Assembly: GCA_013265495.1 (NCBI GenBank)
Contig: MU057744.1
Location: 932,001-996,000, forward strand
Length of the DNA: 64,000 bases
Origin: Vicugna vicugna
Lineage: Eukaryota
Direction of reading: 5' to 3'
Shown here: in pieces, positions 37,223 through 49,690 of the stretch
How the letters are laid out: every line of letters begins with the position of its first letter
How positions within the stretch are numbered: the first letter of the stretch is position 1
Notes under the pieces: generated by a model
Told to the model about the DNA's origin: nothing
Seen by the model: only the letters and a program-made list of their open reading frames with translations
Database searches by the model: none
Made by a program: the position numbers and the translations under genes

Positions 37223-38319
37223 AAAGTTGTATCGAGCTGTTGCTTGGTAAAGGCTTGGCCCTCAAGGAGCTGAGGCAAGCAAAGCCGCAGAGGGTGGACC
37301 AGCATCACTCCCATTGGTCATCAACAGCAACAAGCAGGTGGACGGGGATGCGAGGGCCTCAGCCAAATGGAATGAGGCACTGGTAATGTCAGAGAGCCAG
37401 GCCTGAAAAAAGAAGGAGGGTCTGCAAGGTTGCCCAGCTCCCAAGCACCTCCCAGGTGCCAGCCTCAGGCAAAGGCTGAGTGCCTCTCATCACACCCCGC
37501 CCTCCTCCCCCAGTGGTTTCTCCAGGAGAGGTCCCCACCTTTATTAGCTCTCCTTGTGGGAGCTGGGCACATCCCATCTGCTCCTCCTCCCTGCAACCAG
37601 ACTAACCCTGTTTAACCTGCAAGGTCTCGCTTGTCTGCTTTTCATCTCTTCTCTTCCTAGTGGATAGTTTGTCATAAATACTGTGACCTGCTTCCATCAG
37701 GATGTACCTTTTGGACTACCAGAACCTTTCTCTTGTGCCAGTGAAACCTAAGAAACACTTCTGATGAATGCACCAGTAACTCAAACAGATCACATTTATG
37801 CTGAATGTTCTGTCCCAGTGAAAAAATACTTGAATTTCTGAGGAACCTCGAGGTCTCTGAAAAGGGAAATTTCAGACTATCACATGAGCATGTACATAAA
37901 TGTCAACCCCAGTTCTGTTTGTCAGTCAGCTTAGGTCCCCAGCTCCCACCCCGTTAGATACTCTTCACTTCAGAAAGCGCCACTGTCAACCCCACCCCAT
38001 GTAATCCCTTCCTCTGTGCAAGCCATCGCTGTTAGAGTCCACACCACGGCACCCGGTGCCTGACGGTGCTGTGCCTTGGGTCCAGCGCTGTGGCGCCTTG
38101 GGAAGGCAAGACGACCTAGCACATCTCCTGTTCTAAGACTTAGTTTGGGGCACCTAGTAAGCAGTGATTACTCCTGTCGATTCAGCCCCCCCCCCAAATT
38201 TTAATCTCTCTTAAAGTGGCATGCATCTTGCATTCGACAACATCATATAGTTTAAGTGATAGTGTTTCTACTTCTTAGCGGTAACATAAAAATGATGTAT
38301 CTTCAAATTTTATTAATAA

Positions 38320-38538
38320 ATCAAAAATAGACTCATGGACATAGAAATCAAACTATGGTTACCAAAGGGGAAAGGGCAGGGAGGGATAAATTAGGAGTTT
38401 GGGATTAACAGGTACACATTACTATGTATAAAATAGATAAACAATAAGGACCTACTGTACAGCACAGGGAACTATATTCAGTTTTTTGTAATAACCTATA
38501 ATGGAAAAGAATCTGAAAAAATATATGTAAAAAAAAAG
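38320..38538 (+). mobile_element. LINE-1 3'UTR fragment
   Basis: atagactcatggacatagaaatcaaactatggttaccaaaggggaaaggg...agcacagggaactatattca. Confidence 0.85.
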
Positions 38539-40419
38539 TGTATCTTGCCTTTGATGGACGCTTCAATTCAGTTAAATGCTCTGATTCGATCATGACTCTG
38601 CTACTTTAAATCCCCAGGTGGTTCCACGGGCCCCAGAGTGTGGCGTCCCAACTCCTCAGCACAGTAGACAAGTCGTCTCCCTCCAGTCCCCGCTCTGGGC
38701 TCACCAGCCTCTTACTCTGGTCCGTGTCCTCACACCAGTGTTGCTGTGGTCCTGAACCTCTTGTTTCCCTGACGCACAGTGCTGCCTCCTGCTGCTTTGA
38801 AAACATGGCACATTCATGCTCATCCTTCAAGGCTGCATTCGAGCTTCACCTCTCCTGAAAATCTCTCACTACCTTAGTGGCTACCTCCCACCTCCTACCC
38901 TTGGCAGCCTTTACCTCCTTTCCTGTAGAGCCTGTCCCATGGCACTGTGGGCATGCCGGTCTTCCCCCGCCCTGTTCTGTGAAGAGGGGAGGAGCACTGA
39001 GGGCGCCGAGCCTTTCCAGCTCCAGTGCTGAACCTGGCTCCCAGGAAGTAGACAGGTGGTTATCCTCTGGCTCCAGCAGTGTCTCCTCCTTGGCCTACCA
39101 CAGGCAGTGCATTAGGAGGTCAGCTTAGCTCAGGATCTGGGTCAATAACTAGCAGTTATTAGTATCGTTAAGTTCTAGGGGTATTTTTCCATCTCCTTCC
39201 CAGCTCTTTCCCCTTTCTACATTACTTTAATTAATTCAGGCTTCAGCCACTTTCTGATCAGGTAAGGTGAAAACATTTTCCTTCCTGTACCCTTTAAATA
39301 TGCTATACCTCGTAATTTATAATCTAGATGGATTTACTGTGTTAAATAGTTCCAGCTTCTTCAAGTAGCATTTTGATCATATCACTGTCTTGTCTTGTCA
39401 TCACGCCATGCCTTTAACAGCAAACTTGAATTCTTGGTCATTTTTGTGGGGAGGGAAACTCTAAAAGTCCCCCAGCACCTGGTTCTGTCTTACCTGACTG
39501 CTTTCAACTTTCTGCAACAAACTTGTTCCTCCTCCAAAACCTCTCGTTATCGTCGGTCGTGCCCCCTTCTGGATACTTCAGTAATGGAAACTTTTTCCTC
39601 CTGTGGTCGCTTTTGTAATAGCAGTAAGACATCTCATTTCAGTGGAGTTGCTTCACAAATACATTTACCTAACTATGGGGTGGGCAGTTACTTAAAAAGG
39701 AGGTTTACAAGGTGTTTTAAAGACATTGATAATTACTACAGTTCTAACTTAATGTACTCTTAACCCGCCAAACCCTTTTTTGGCACACAAGCAAGCAGAA
39801 CAGAGGCTTCACAAATAAATTTCTCTAACTATGGGGTGAGGAGTCTCTTCCACCCAAATAAACAATGTGGCGATTCTCTGAGTGAGTTATAATTTTTGTT
39901 TAAACAGTTATTTCTTGAAAGGATTTAAATCATTTTTTTAAAAAATCCCCTATATTTACACATGTAGTTGCTCCCATCCTGAAACTTTGTCATTTTGACC
40001 ATCTCTGCTGATTAAAAAATTCTCTCTAAAAGCTTCAAATAGTTTTTGGCAAGTATTTGCAGAGTAAACTTTTTTTTTCACATATTTAAAAAATATCAGT
40101 TCATAAACTTCATTTGCTATCAGAATACCAAGACTCCTTAGTGACAATCTCAGGAATCTAAAAGCGTACCATTTGCCACTCATCGAATAGTTACTGAGTC
40201 TCCGCTAAGTACCAGGGCTTCAGAGAGGGTGAACTGAAGAGAAAGTAGCATTTTTACATCTTCTGCCACCGTCTTCATTTCTCGGAGGGGCCTTCTTTGT
40301 AGAAGGACATATTACCCGATTTTCTAAAGATCATAAAGCTGAATTTAAATTCTGTCCCTTCATTTCTCATAGTCTTTGTAAAGCCAAGAAGCATTGGATG
40401 AAAAACAACTGACCTTACC

Positions 40420-43400
40420 CTGTGCCTGGTCTTAGCAGAAAAGCGTCTAGTTTCGCAACATTAAGTATAATATCAGTGCGTGTGTTTTGCAGAGGTTCTT
40501 TATCAGGAATGAGTGAAGTGGCTGGTGGATGTGATTATATCCAGCTGACTGATGGTGCTGTTGAACTCAGCTGTGTCCACACTGACTTCCTACTGGATCG
40601 TCTGTTTCTGAGAGAGGGTGCTGCCCTCTCCAACGTAACGGATTCATCTACTTCTCCTGTGGTTCTGTCAGTTTTTCCCTCTTGTATTTTGATGCTCTTT
40701 TGTTAGACACTTACATGTTAAGAATTGTTATATTTTCTTGGAGGACTGACCCCTTTATCACTATGTAACTCCTCTTTCTCTCTCCCCCCCCCCATAACTT
40801 TCTTTGCTTTGGAGTCTTCTCTGTCACAAATTAATATAGCTACTCCTGCTTTCTTTGATTAGTGTTAACATGGTATAGATTGCTCTATCCCTTTACTTTT
40901 CATCTATATGTGTCTTTATATCTAAAGTGTGTTTCTTATAGACAACATTTAGTTGGGTCTTGCTTTTTGATCCACTCTTGACAGTCTCTATCCTACAGTT
41001 GGTATATTTGGACCATTAACATTTAAAGTGATTATTAATATGCTTTGATTGATATCTACCACATTACAGTTTTCTATTCATTTCCCTCGTTCTTTGTTCC
41101 TGTTTTTGTGTTCCGCTATTCTAATGCCTTTTGCAGTTTTCACCGAACATTTTATGATTCCATTTTCTCTTCTTTCTTGGCATATCAGTTATATTACTGG
41201 TTTTTTAAACTTTTTTAGTGGTTGTCCTAGAGTTTGCAACATACATTTACAACTACTACAAACCACTTTCAAATAGCACTATCACAGTTCATGGATAATG
41301 TAGATGTTTTATAATTACAAAATAATCCTAATTCTTCCCTCCCATCTCTTGTATTGCTGTCATTCATTTCATGTATACATACGTATATGTAATCATATAC
41401 ATGTATGTAAGCATACATAATTGAATATACTGCTGTTACTATTTTGAACTGTTATCTGTTAGATCAATTAAAAATAATAAAAATAAAAGTTTTTAGAGGG
41501 GAGGGCATATCTCAGTGGTAGAGTGGGTGCTTAGCATACATGAGATCCTGGGTTCAATCCCTAATACCTCTATTAAAACAAATAAACCTAATTACCTCCC
41601 CCCCAAAAATGAAAAAAAATAATAAAAGTTTTATTTTACCTTCACATATTGCTTCTTTGATGCTCTTGTTTTCTTTATGTAGATCTGAGTTTTTGAACTA
41701 TATTAGTTTCCTTTTCTCTAAAGAACTTTTAAAAATATTTCTTGCAAGGCAGGTCTATTGGCAACAAATTCCTTCCAATTTTTATTTGTCTCAGGAAGTC
41801 TATTTCTCCTTCACTTTTGAAGGATAATTTCATAGGATACAGAATTCTAGGTTGGTGTTTTTATTCTCTCAACACTTTAAACATTTCACTCCACTCTCTT
41901 CTTGCTTGCCTGGTTTCTGAGCAGAAGCTGGTTGTAATCCTTATCTTTACTCCTCTATAGGCAAGGTGTTTTTATTCTCTGGCTCCAGAGTTTTTTCTTC
42001 ATCATTGCTTTTCAGGAGTTTGACTATAATATGCTTAGGTATATCAGTTTGTTTTGTTTTGGGTTTTTTTGGTATTCTCTGAGTTCCTTGAATCTGTGCT
42101 TTGGTGTCTGACCTTAGTTTGGAGAAGTTCTCAGTTATTGTTGCTTCAAATATTCTTTCTGTTCCTTTCTCTCTCTCTCCACCTTCTGATGTTCCCATTA
42201 CACGTATGTTAAACCTTCTGCAGCTGTCCCACGGCTCCTCGATGTTTTGGTCCTTTTTTCCTTTCCCTTCGCTTTTCCGTTTTGGAAGTTTTTAATTGAC
42301 ATGTCTTAGAGCTCCGAGACTCTTTCCTCATCTATGTCCAGTCTACTAATGAGCCCATCAAAGACATTCTCTCTTTCTGTTACAGTGGTTTTTTTTTTTA
42401 TCTCTAGCGTTTCTTTTTGATAACTTTCTGAGCATTTCCATCTCTCTCTGCTCACATTGCCTGTCTGTTCTTACCTTCTGTCTCCTTCATCCATCAGAGC
42501 CCTTTGCATATAATCACAGAGGTTTTCACTTCCCTGTCAGATAATTCCAACCTCCTTGCCAGATCTGAGACCAATTCTGATGCTTGTTCTGTGTCTTCAG
42601 ACTCTGTTGTTCACCTTTTAGTATGCCTTGAGATTTTTTTTCTTGGTAGCCAGATATGATGTACTAGGTAAAAGCAGATGCGGTAAATAGGCCGTTAATA
42701 AGGTGGTGGTGAGGTGAGAGGGGCGGGGAAGCCTTCTACACACCTGTGATTAGGTCTCAGCCTCCTCGTGAGCTTGTGCGGCTGGACTGAGGGCTTCACA
42801 AGTACTTCTCAGGCCCCACTCCCGCTCAGGTGAGACAGGAATGCTGGAGTGGGCTGCAGTCGGGTTTCTCCCTCCCCCCGTGTGGAAGGTTAGAGGCAGC
42901 TAGGACTGGGCTTTTCGTTCTCCCAGGCTTGTTAGGCTCTGATAAGACCTCCGTCGGCTTTGGTAGAATAGCTTCTCTGGGCGGTAGGTCTTGCTAAAAA
43001 CAGAATACTCTGCGTATTTCAAAGTGGCTCCTCTTCCTACTCCTCCTGCTGATATTCAGTGTGAGAACCTGGTCAGAATCCTGGAGATAAAACTCATAAA
43101 TGTGCCCCTTCCCTGGAGTCTTTATCTCTCAGACTGGTCCACCCTGAGTCTTCAGCAGTTTGTCAGTTATGGTCCAGGTCTTCCTGCCCTGGTACTGGCT
43201 CCCATGGAAGCTTCGGTTCTGGTAAACTGTGGCTCTCGGTATCGCTCGCCTGCTGGTCTCTCCAGTTCTGAGGGCAGCAGTTTGCTCTATGACATCATTC
43301 CTCTGATGAATCTAAGGAGAACTGTTGCTCTTTCAATTTGTAGAGCTTTCTACTTGTTGTTAGGAAGGAAGGGTGACTTCCAAGTTTCCTACATGCTTGC
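40420..43400 (-). mobile_element. Ancient L1M 5' half (ORF2 start, inter-ORF, ORF1, 5'UTR), degenerate
   Basis: Minus-strand ORF1-like peptide EGGEREKGTERIFEATITENFSKL...PKHIIVKLLK (41947-42198). Confidence 0.8.
41497..41620 (+). mobile_element. vic-1-type SINE (long form) inserted in L1M
   Basis: ggggagggcatatctcagtggtagagtgggtgcttagc...aacctaattacctcccc. TSD ataaaagtttt on both sides. Confidence 0.9.
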
Positions 43401-46400
43401 CATTATGAAGTTTTAAGTATTTGAAAGCAAAATAACTGCTGCATTGTTGTACTGATAAAGTTTTGTGGTCACTGTTATTGTGTGACAGTTCCACCACTTT
43501 CCCATTATTGGACATTTAGGTGCTACCATTTTCCCCTTATTTCTTATTTATACTTCAGCTGAAATGATTACCTTTGTGCACTTAAAATTACTCTTTTGTA
43601 TAATTTTCTCCTTATGTCCAAAATTCACATCCATAATCCTCAATCCCAAACTCTATTTTAAAAATGACTGTAGGACTCGCAATTGATCAGATCCTTTGCA
43701 GCAGGGGCGAGGGGGATTGGTCCTCTTTCCACAGCTGCCCTGATTGAAATGGAAAATCTCTGAGTATCACAGGAAGTTTCCTGTTGAAACAACTAATGTC
43801 ACAATCCCTCCTCTCTATAAAAGAAACGTGTTGTTCTGAAACTGAGAGCGCTTTTATTGAATGACCGGTGATCGGCATTTCTAAAATATAAGCTCTTAAT
43901 GATCACAAAAGAAAGGTCCCTTAACTTCTGTTAACCTATGAGAAGTTCCGTTCTACAACCTGCAACCCGAGCTCCCCCTTTTGTTTCAGACGATTTGAAC
44001 TTCTCCCATGCTGGTAGTGCCAAGTGTAAGTGAGTGATGAAGGAGCACTGGCTCCCTCCTCTGAGACCACAGCGTTACAGGCGTTCACGTGCAGGTCCCC
44101 TGCACTCTTGCTTGCCTTTGGTGCCCCCTACCTTCCCTCTCCAAGCACTTCCATCTCCTGGCTCCTCTTCCTTATTCCTCCCTTCACAGTGTTCCCCTGT
44201 TCCCCAGAGAAAACCTGATCCAATTAAAAATAACTGATCATAGCATGAAACTCTTGGCATTTAAAAAGTGATCAGAATAATATAGCACAAAGGGATGAAA
44301 TGCTTGTGGTGTAATCAAGGAGAGGAGAAGTCCTGAATCACTTCAGATATGCTAACTGCCACTTATTCTGTAAAATGGATTTAAAAATCAATTATTACTT
44401 TCATATTTATTTGAATATTTCATAGTCTGGAAAATGAGAAGAGGGAAGAAAATTTTTTCAGATGACCAAAGCTTTGCAAGCAGATCCGTCTGTGGAACAG
44501 TGTTTGTGGAGGCACAAGCAGGTCACGACTGGTTTTGTTAAGCAGCACCTTTATGAAGCTCATTTCTAAATTTTCTGTTTAAATTGTTTAACTAAATAAG
44601 ATATATGCAAATTAGCATTCATGTATAAAATTAGAACATTACAGACAAAGCTAAAGTCCCCTTTAAGTATTACTTTCTCCCAATCCCGGTCCTTCCCCTG
44701 CTGCCCAGAGATAGCCATTATCAGTCATTGGCATGAGTTTGGCAGGCGTCCATTCTTTAAATAAAAACCAGCTTTACTGAGGAATAGCTGTTGTTCAATC
44801 AACTGCACATATTTAAAGTGTACAATCTGGTAAGTTCTGACATATGCATACACCTGCGAAATTGTCACCACACGCTCCATGTGGTGAATGTATCTGTCAC
44901 CCCCAGACTTCACTCATTTATTTCCCTTTTGTAATCATTTTCCCCTCCCGTTCCTGAGCCCACACACCCATTAATCAGCTTACTGTCACTACATATAGTT
45001 TGAATTTCAACAGGTGTATATAAATGGAGTCACACGGTATGTACTCTTTTTTCCCCTGGCCTCTCTCACTCAGCGTAACTATTTTGACTTCCATCCATGT
45101 TGTTATGTGTATCAATAGGCCATTCCTTTTATTGCTGAGTAGCATTTCATTGTAAAGCTATACCTTGATATTTTTACCCACTCACCTGTTGAACATTTGG
45201 GCTGTTTCCGATTTGGAGCTATTACCAACAAAGCTGCAGTAAACACTTGTGTTTAAGTCTTTGTCTGGACACATACTTCTTAAAAACCTGGGTAGATACA
45301 GAGAATAGCAAGATCGTGTGGTAGGTGTATACACAGAGTTTTAAGAAAATGCCAAATGGTTCTCCACAGAGATAGTACTCCTTAACATGGCAACCACCAG
45401 GGGGAGAGTTCCAGTCCCGCCACATCCTTGCCAACACGTGATACGGTCAGTCTTTTGAATTTTAGCCACTCTAACAGGTGTTAAGCAGTCTCTCATTATG
45501 ATTTTAATTAGAATTTCTCAAAAGGCTAGGGATGTGACCATCTGTTCATGTGCTTATTTGCTGTCTTCTTTGGGGAAGTGTTTCTTTGAATGTTTTATCC
45601 ATTTTTTGTTGGATTGTTTGTTTCCTTGTGTTGAGGGTTCTTTTTGTATTTTGGATAAAAGTCCTTTGTCAAACACATGCTTGCAAATATTTTCTCTTTG
45701 AAGTGGTTGGTCTCTTTATTATTCTAAGTTTCCCTGGAAAAGCAAAAGCTTTGAAATTTTATGAATTCTAATATTTCAGTTTTTTAATTGATATTGTATT
45801 TTTGGTGTTGTACTTAAGAAATCTTTGCTTAACCCAAAGTTGCAAAAATTTCTTCTGTTTTCTTCTAAAGGTTTTACAGTTTTAGATTTTACATTTATCT
45901 ACAGATCTTTTAAAGATGCTTGAATTGCTATTGGGTCAATAACTAAAGGTGGAATAACTGGATCATATAGTAGATGTACATTTAATTTTTTAGGAAACTA
46001 CCAAGCTGTATTACTTCTGACTTCATTTTGTCTCCTTTATTGCCTTATTTTCTGTAACTCTTAGTTGTGTTATTTTGTTGGTTGCTTTAGAATTTATTGT
46101 ATACACTTTTAATGTATCACAGTGTATCTTTAAACGATATTATAGTAATTCCTCCATAGAGCCTTAGAAGGGAACACTTCCATTTCTCCCCTCCAGGCTT
46201 TTGAGTCATTGTTGACATTAATTTTACCTCTACATATTGTATGAACCGCACATACGTTGTTACTATTTTGCTTTAAAAATCTATGTGCTTTTAAGTACTC
46301 TTAATAGAAGAAGAAAGTCATTTTCTATTTAACCAATTCTGGTGTTCTTCATTCCTTTGCCTAGGTCCAAATTTCCATCTAGTGTCGTTTCTGTCTGCCT

Positions 46401-46833
46401 GGGGGACTTCCTTTAACAATTCCTGTAGTGCAGGTCTGCCAGAGATGAACTCCCCCAACTTCTGTATGTATGAAAATATCTATTTTGTCTTCATTTTTAA
46501 AAGCCGTTTCTTCTGGGTACACAATTCTAGTTGACCGTTTTTTCTTTCAGTTCTTTAAAGATGCTCCACTGTCTCTTGGCTAACAAGGGTTCTGATGAGA
46601 AATCTGTTCTCATCTTTGTTTTTGTCCCTGTGTAATTTGTCTTTTTTGTTGTGGCTACTCTTAAGATTTTGCCTTTGTCCATGGCTTTGAGTAAATTGAC
46701 TACACTCTTCCTTGGTGAAGTTGTGTTCATATTTCTGGTGCTTGGGTCTCCCTGAGATTTTTGGATCTGTTGGTTTAAGGTTTTCATTAAATTTGGAAAA
46801 CGTTCAACCATTATTTCTTTAAATTTTTTTTTA

Positions 46834-46965
46834 GGGGGAGGGTATAGCTCAGGCAGTAGAGCGCATGCTTAGCATGGGCGAGGTCCTGTGTTCAATCCCC
46901 AGTACCTCCTCTAAAAATAAAGAAATAAATAAAACCTAATTACCTCCCTCCCCCACCAAAAAAAC
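46834..46965 (+). mobile_element. vic-1-type SINE (long form)
   Basis: ggggagggtatagctcaggcagtagagcgcatgcttagcatgggcgaggtcctgtgttcaatccccagtacctcc. Confidence 0.93.
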
Positions 46966-49589
46966 TAACTAATAAATCCCTCTTCAAAAAAAATTTTTTT
47001 AAAGAATAAAATAAAAATAAGTATTTTTGGTCCCCCTTCCTCTTTGCATTTTAGGGATTTCAGTTACATGTTTATGAGGTGACTTGAAGTTGTCCCACAG
47101 TTCTTTTCATTTTTTAAAAAAATTACTTTTTATCCCTGAGTTTCATTTTCAATGCTTTCAGTTGCTGCGTCTTCATGTCAGCACTTTTCTTCTGCAGTGT
47201 CTTATCAGCTATTCATCCCAGCCAGTGTATTCTTCATCTTAGCTATTATAGTTTTAATCTCTGAAAGTTCTATTTTGTGTTTTAAAAAATATTTCCTGTG
47301 TCTCTACTTAGCTTGTTGCACCTGTGGAATACAGTTATGATAAAGGTTTCAACGTCCTTCTCTGTTAATTCTAACCTCTGTTTCAATTATGGGTCAGTTT
47401 CAGTTGACTAATTTTTCTCCTCATTATAAACCTGTGTTTTCCTGCTTCTTATAAGCCTGATCATCTTTGTATTCCAGACATTGTGCATGTACCTTGTTGG
47501 GTACTGGATATTTCTGTATTTCTCTAGTTCACGTGTGTATTTCTTGAGCTTCTTGGGATGCAGCTGCATTATTTGAAGAGTTTTATCCTTTGGGGTCTTG
47601 CTTTCAAGATTTTTAAGGTTTAAGGTGGAACTTTAAGATGGGACAGTGCTTGCTTAGATGAGGGATAAATACTCCCCACTACTAAGGCAAAACTCTTCTG
47701 TACACTCTACCAAATGCCCACGAAAGATCGGTTTCCCCCCAGTCTTTGTGGTGGGAACAAGCACTGTTCCGGGCCCTGAACTGAGGAGCAGTTACTGTCC
47801 CCTTTAATCCTCTCACGTATTCGCTCTGATCATCCTTTCCCCGGGCTTGGCTCATCTGCAGCGTGAATGCACCTATCAGGAGGTGCTATGCCAAGCAGTC
47901 AAGGGTGTTCCATGATCTCCAGGGGCCTTTCTGTGACGTCTCTACAAGACTCTGTCCTGTAATTTCTAGCTGCCGTGGTCTCCTCAGACTTCTAGCTACA
48001 ACTCTTCAAACTGGGGAGACCATTGGGCTCTGCTGGGGTATCCTTTCTCTGCACTGCCACCTGGAAATTCTCTCAAGGCAGGAAAGCTGGAGCAGTGGTA
48101 GGAATTACCTTGTTTATATCCCAGCTTTGGGAGATCAGAGTCCTTCTTGGCCTGATGCGCCGTTGTTTAAAAGTTGTTGTTTTATATATTTTGTCTGGTT
48201 TTTTGTTGTTGTTATTGCTTCAGACAGGAGGGTAAATCTGCTTCCTCTTACTCTTCTTGGCTACAAGGCAAAGTTGACATGTATCCATTTTTAAAACGTT
48301 ACATGTTGTTACAGAAAACAGAGAGACTGGTTTGTGTCTACCCCTCATCTTCTGCAACTTGTTTTATTCATTAAAATTTTTTTAGCTTATTTTTGGTAAC
48401 GTCTGTAAAATATTCCATCACATGATTGTATTATATCATGTTTATCCAGTCTCCTGTTGATGGGCGTTAGGTTGTTTCTGATCTTTGCTGTTACAAACAA
48501 TGCTGCGACCAGCAATCGCATGCATGTCTCCCTGTATCACATGTGAGCGTTCCTTTAGGGAGGATGCAGAGGTCAAACTGCTCTCCAGGGTGACCATATC
48601 AATTTGCATTCCTACACTGTATAAAGGCCTGTTTAATATTTTAAATTGGCAGCCTTTTAAGTTTTTGCCAATCTGCTAGTTCATTATTGTTTTAATTTGC
48701 ATTGCTCTTATTTTTAGAAGGTCAAGAGTAGCTTTTCATATTTTTATTGGCCATTTTTGTTTCTTCCAGGAATTATCTGTTTAGTCTTTGCCTAACCTCA
48801 TATTGAATTATTTTTATCATTTTTTAATTTGTTTGAATAAATGCTTAAAATTTTAGACACTAATCTTTTGTTTAAATACATAAATTTTATTTTATATAAT
48901 CTGTTTATAATTATCAATGCAAATAGGTTATAATTAAATTTTATTTTATATGTTATAATTCCAACTATAGAATAGAACATTACATATATAATTAATTTCT
49001 CTAAGTTTATACTGTTTTATAATTTTCTATTGTCTTATGGCACAGAATTTGAATTTTATCTAGTCAAGTTTATCAGATTTTCTTTTATGTCTTTTAATTT
49101 TTTTGCCTTAAGAAAGCCTTTTCTGTTACCAAAGTTATTAGGATATTCTCTCTAAATAATTTTAAAATGTTTTATAGTTAGATATTTAATCTATTTAAGC
49201 TTATTTTTGTGTATAGAGTGAGGCAGGGATACAAATTGGATTGTTCCTATCAAATAGCAAAATAGCCCCAAACTATTTTTTGAACTATCCGTCTTTTCAC
49301 CATTTAACTGTCTCTATTATATAGCAAATTCCAAAAGGATACGTAAGTCTGTATCTTGAAGTTCTTTTCTGTCTCATTAATCCACTTTTACTTTTCTTGC
49401 ACCGATATTCGCTGTTTTAATTACTGTTGATTTATAATATCTTGCTATCTTATAAGGCAGATCTCGTCTTTTTTTTTTTTTTTTTTTTTTTTTTGTTATC
49501 TTGAATTTACTCTTCCATGTGAGTTTGCAATCAGCTTCATGTTCCAAAAAAACCTTGTTAGTGTGATTGGGTTTGTACTGAATTTTTTA

Positions 49590-49690
49590 AAATATTATTA
49601 TTATAATTTTTTTAATGGAGGTACTGGGGATTGAACCCAGGACCTCATACATGCTAAGGATGCGCTGTATCACCGAGCTACACCTTCCCT
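49590..49690 (-). mobile_element. vic-1-type SINE (short form)
   Basis: ggaggtactggggattgaacccaggacctcatacatgctaagg...cgagctacaccttccc. Degenerate TSD tgtactgaat/tgtattgaat. Confidence 0.88.
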
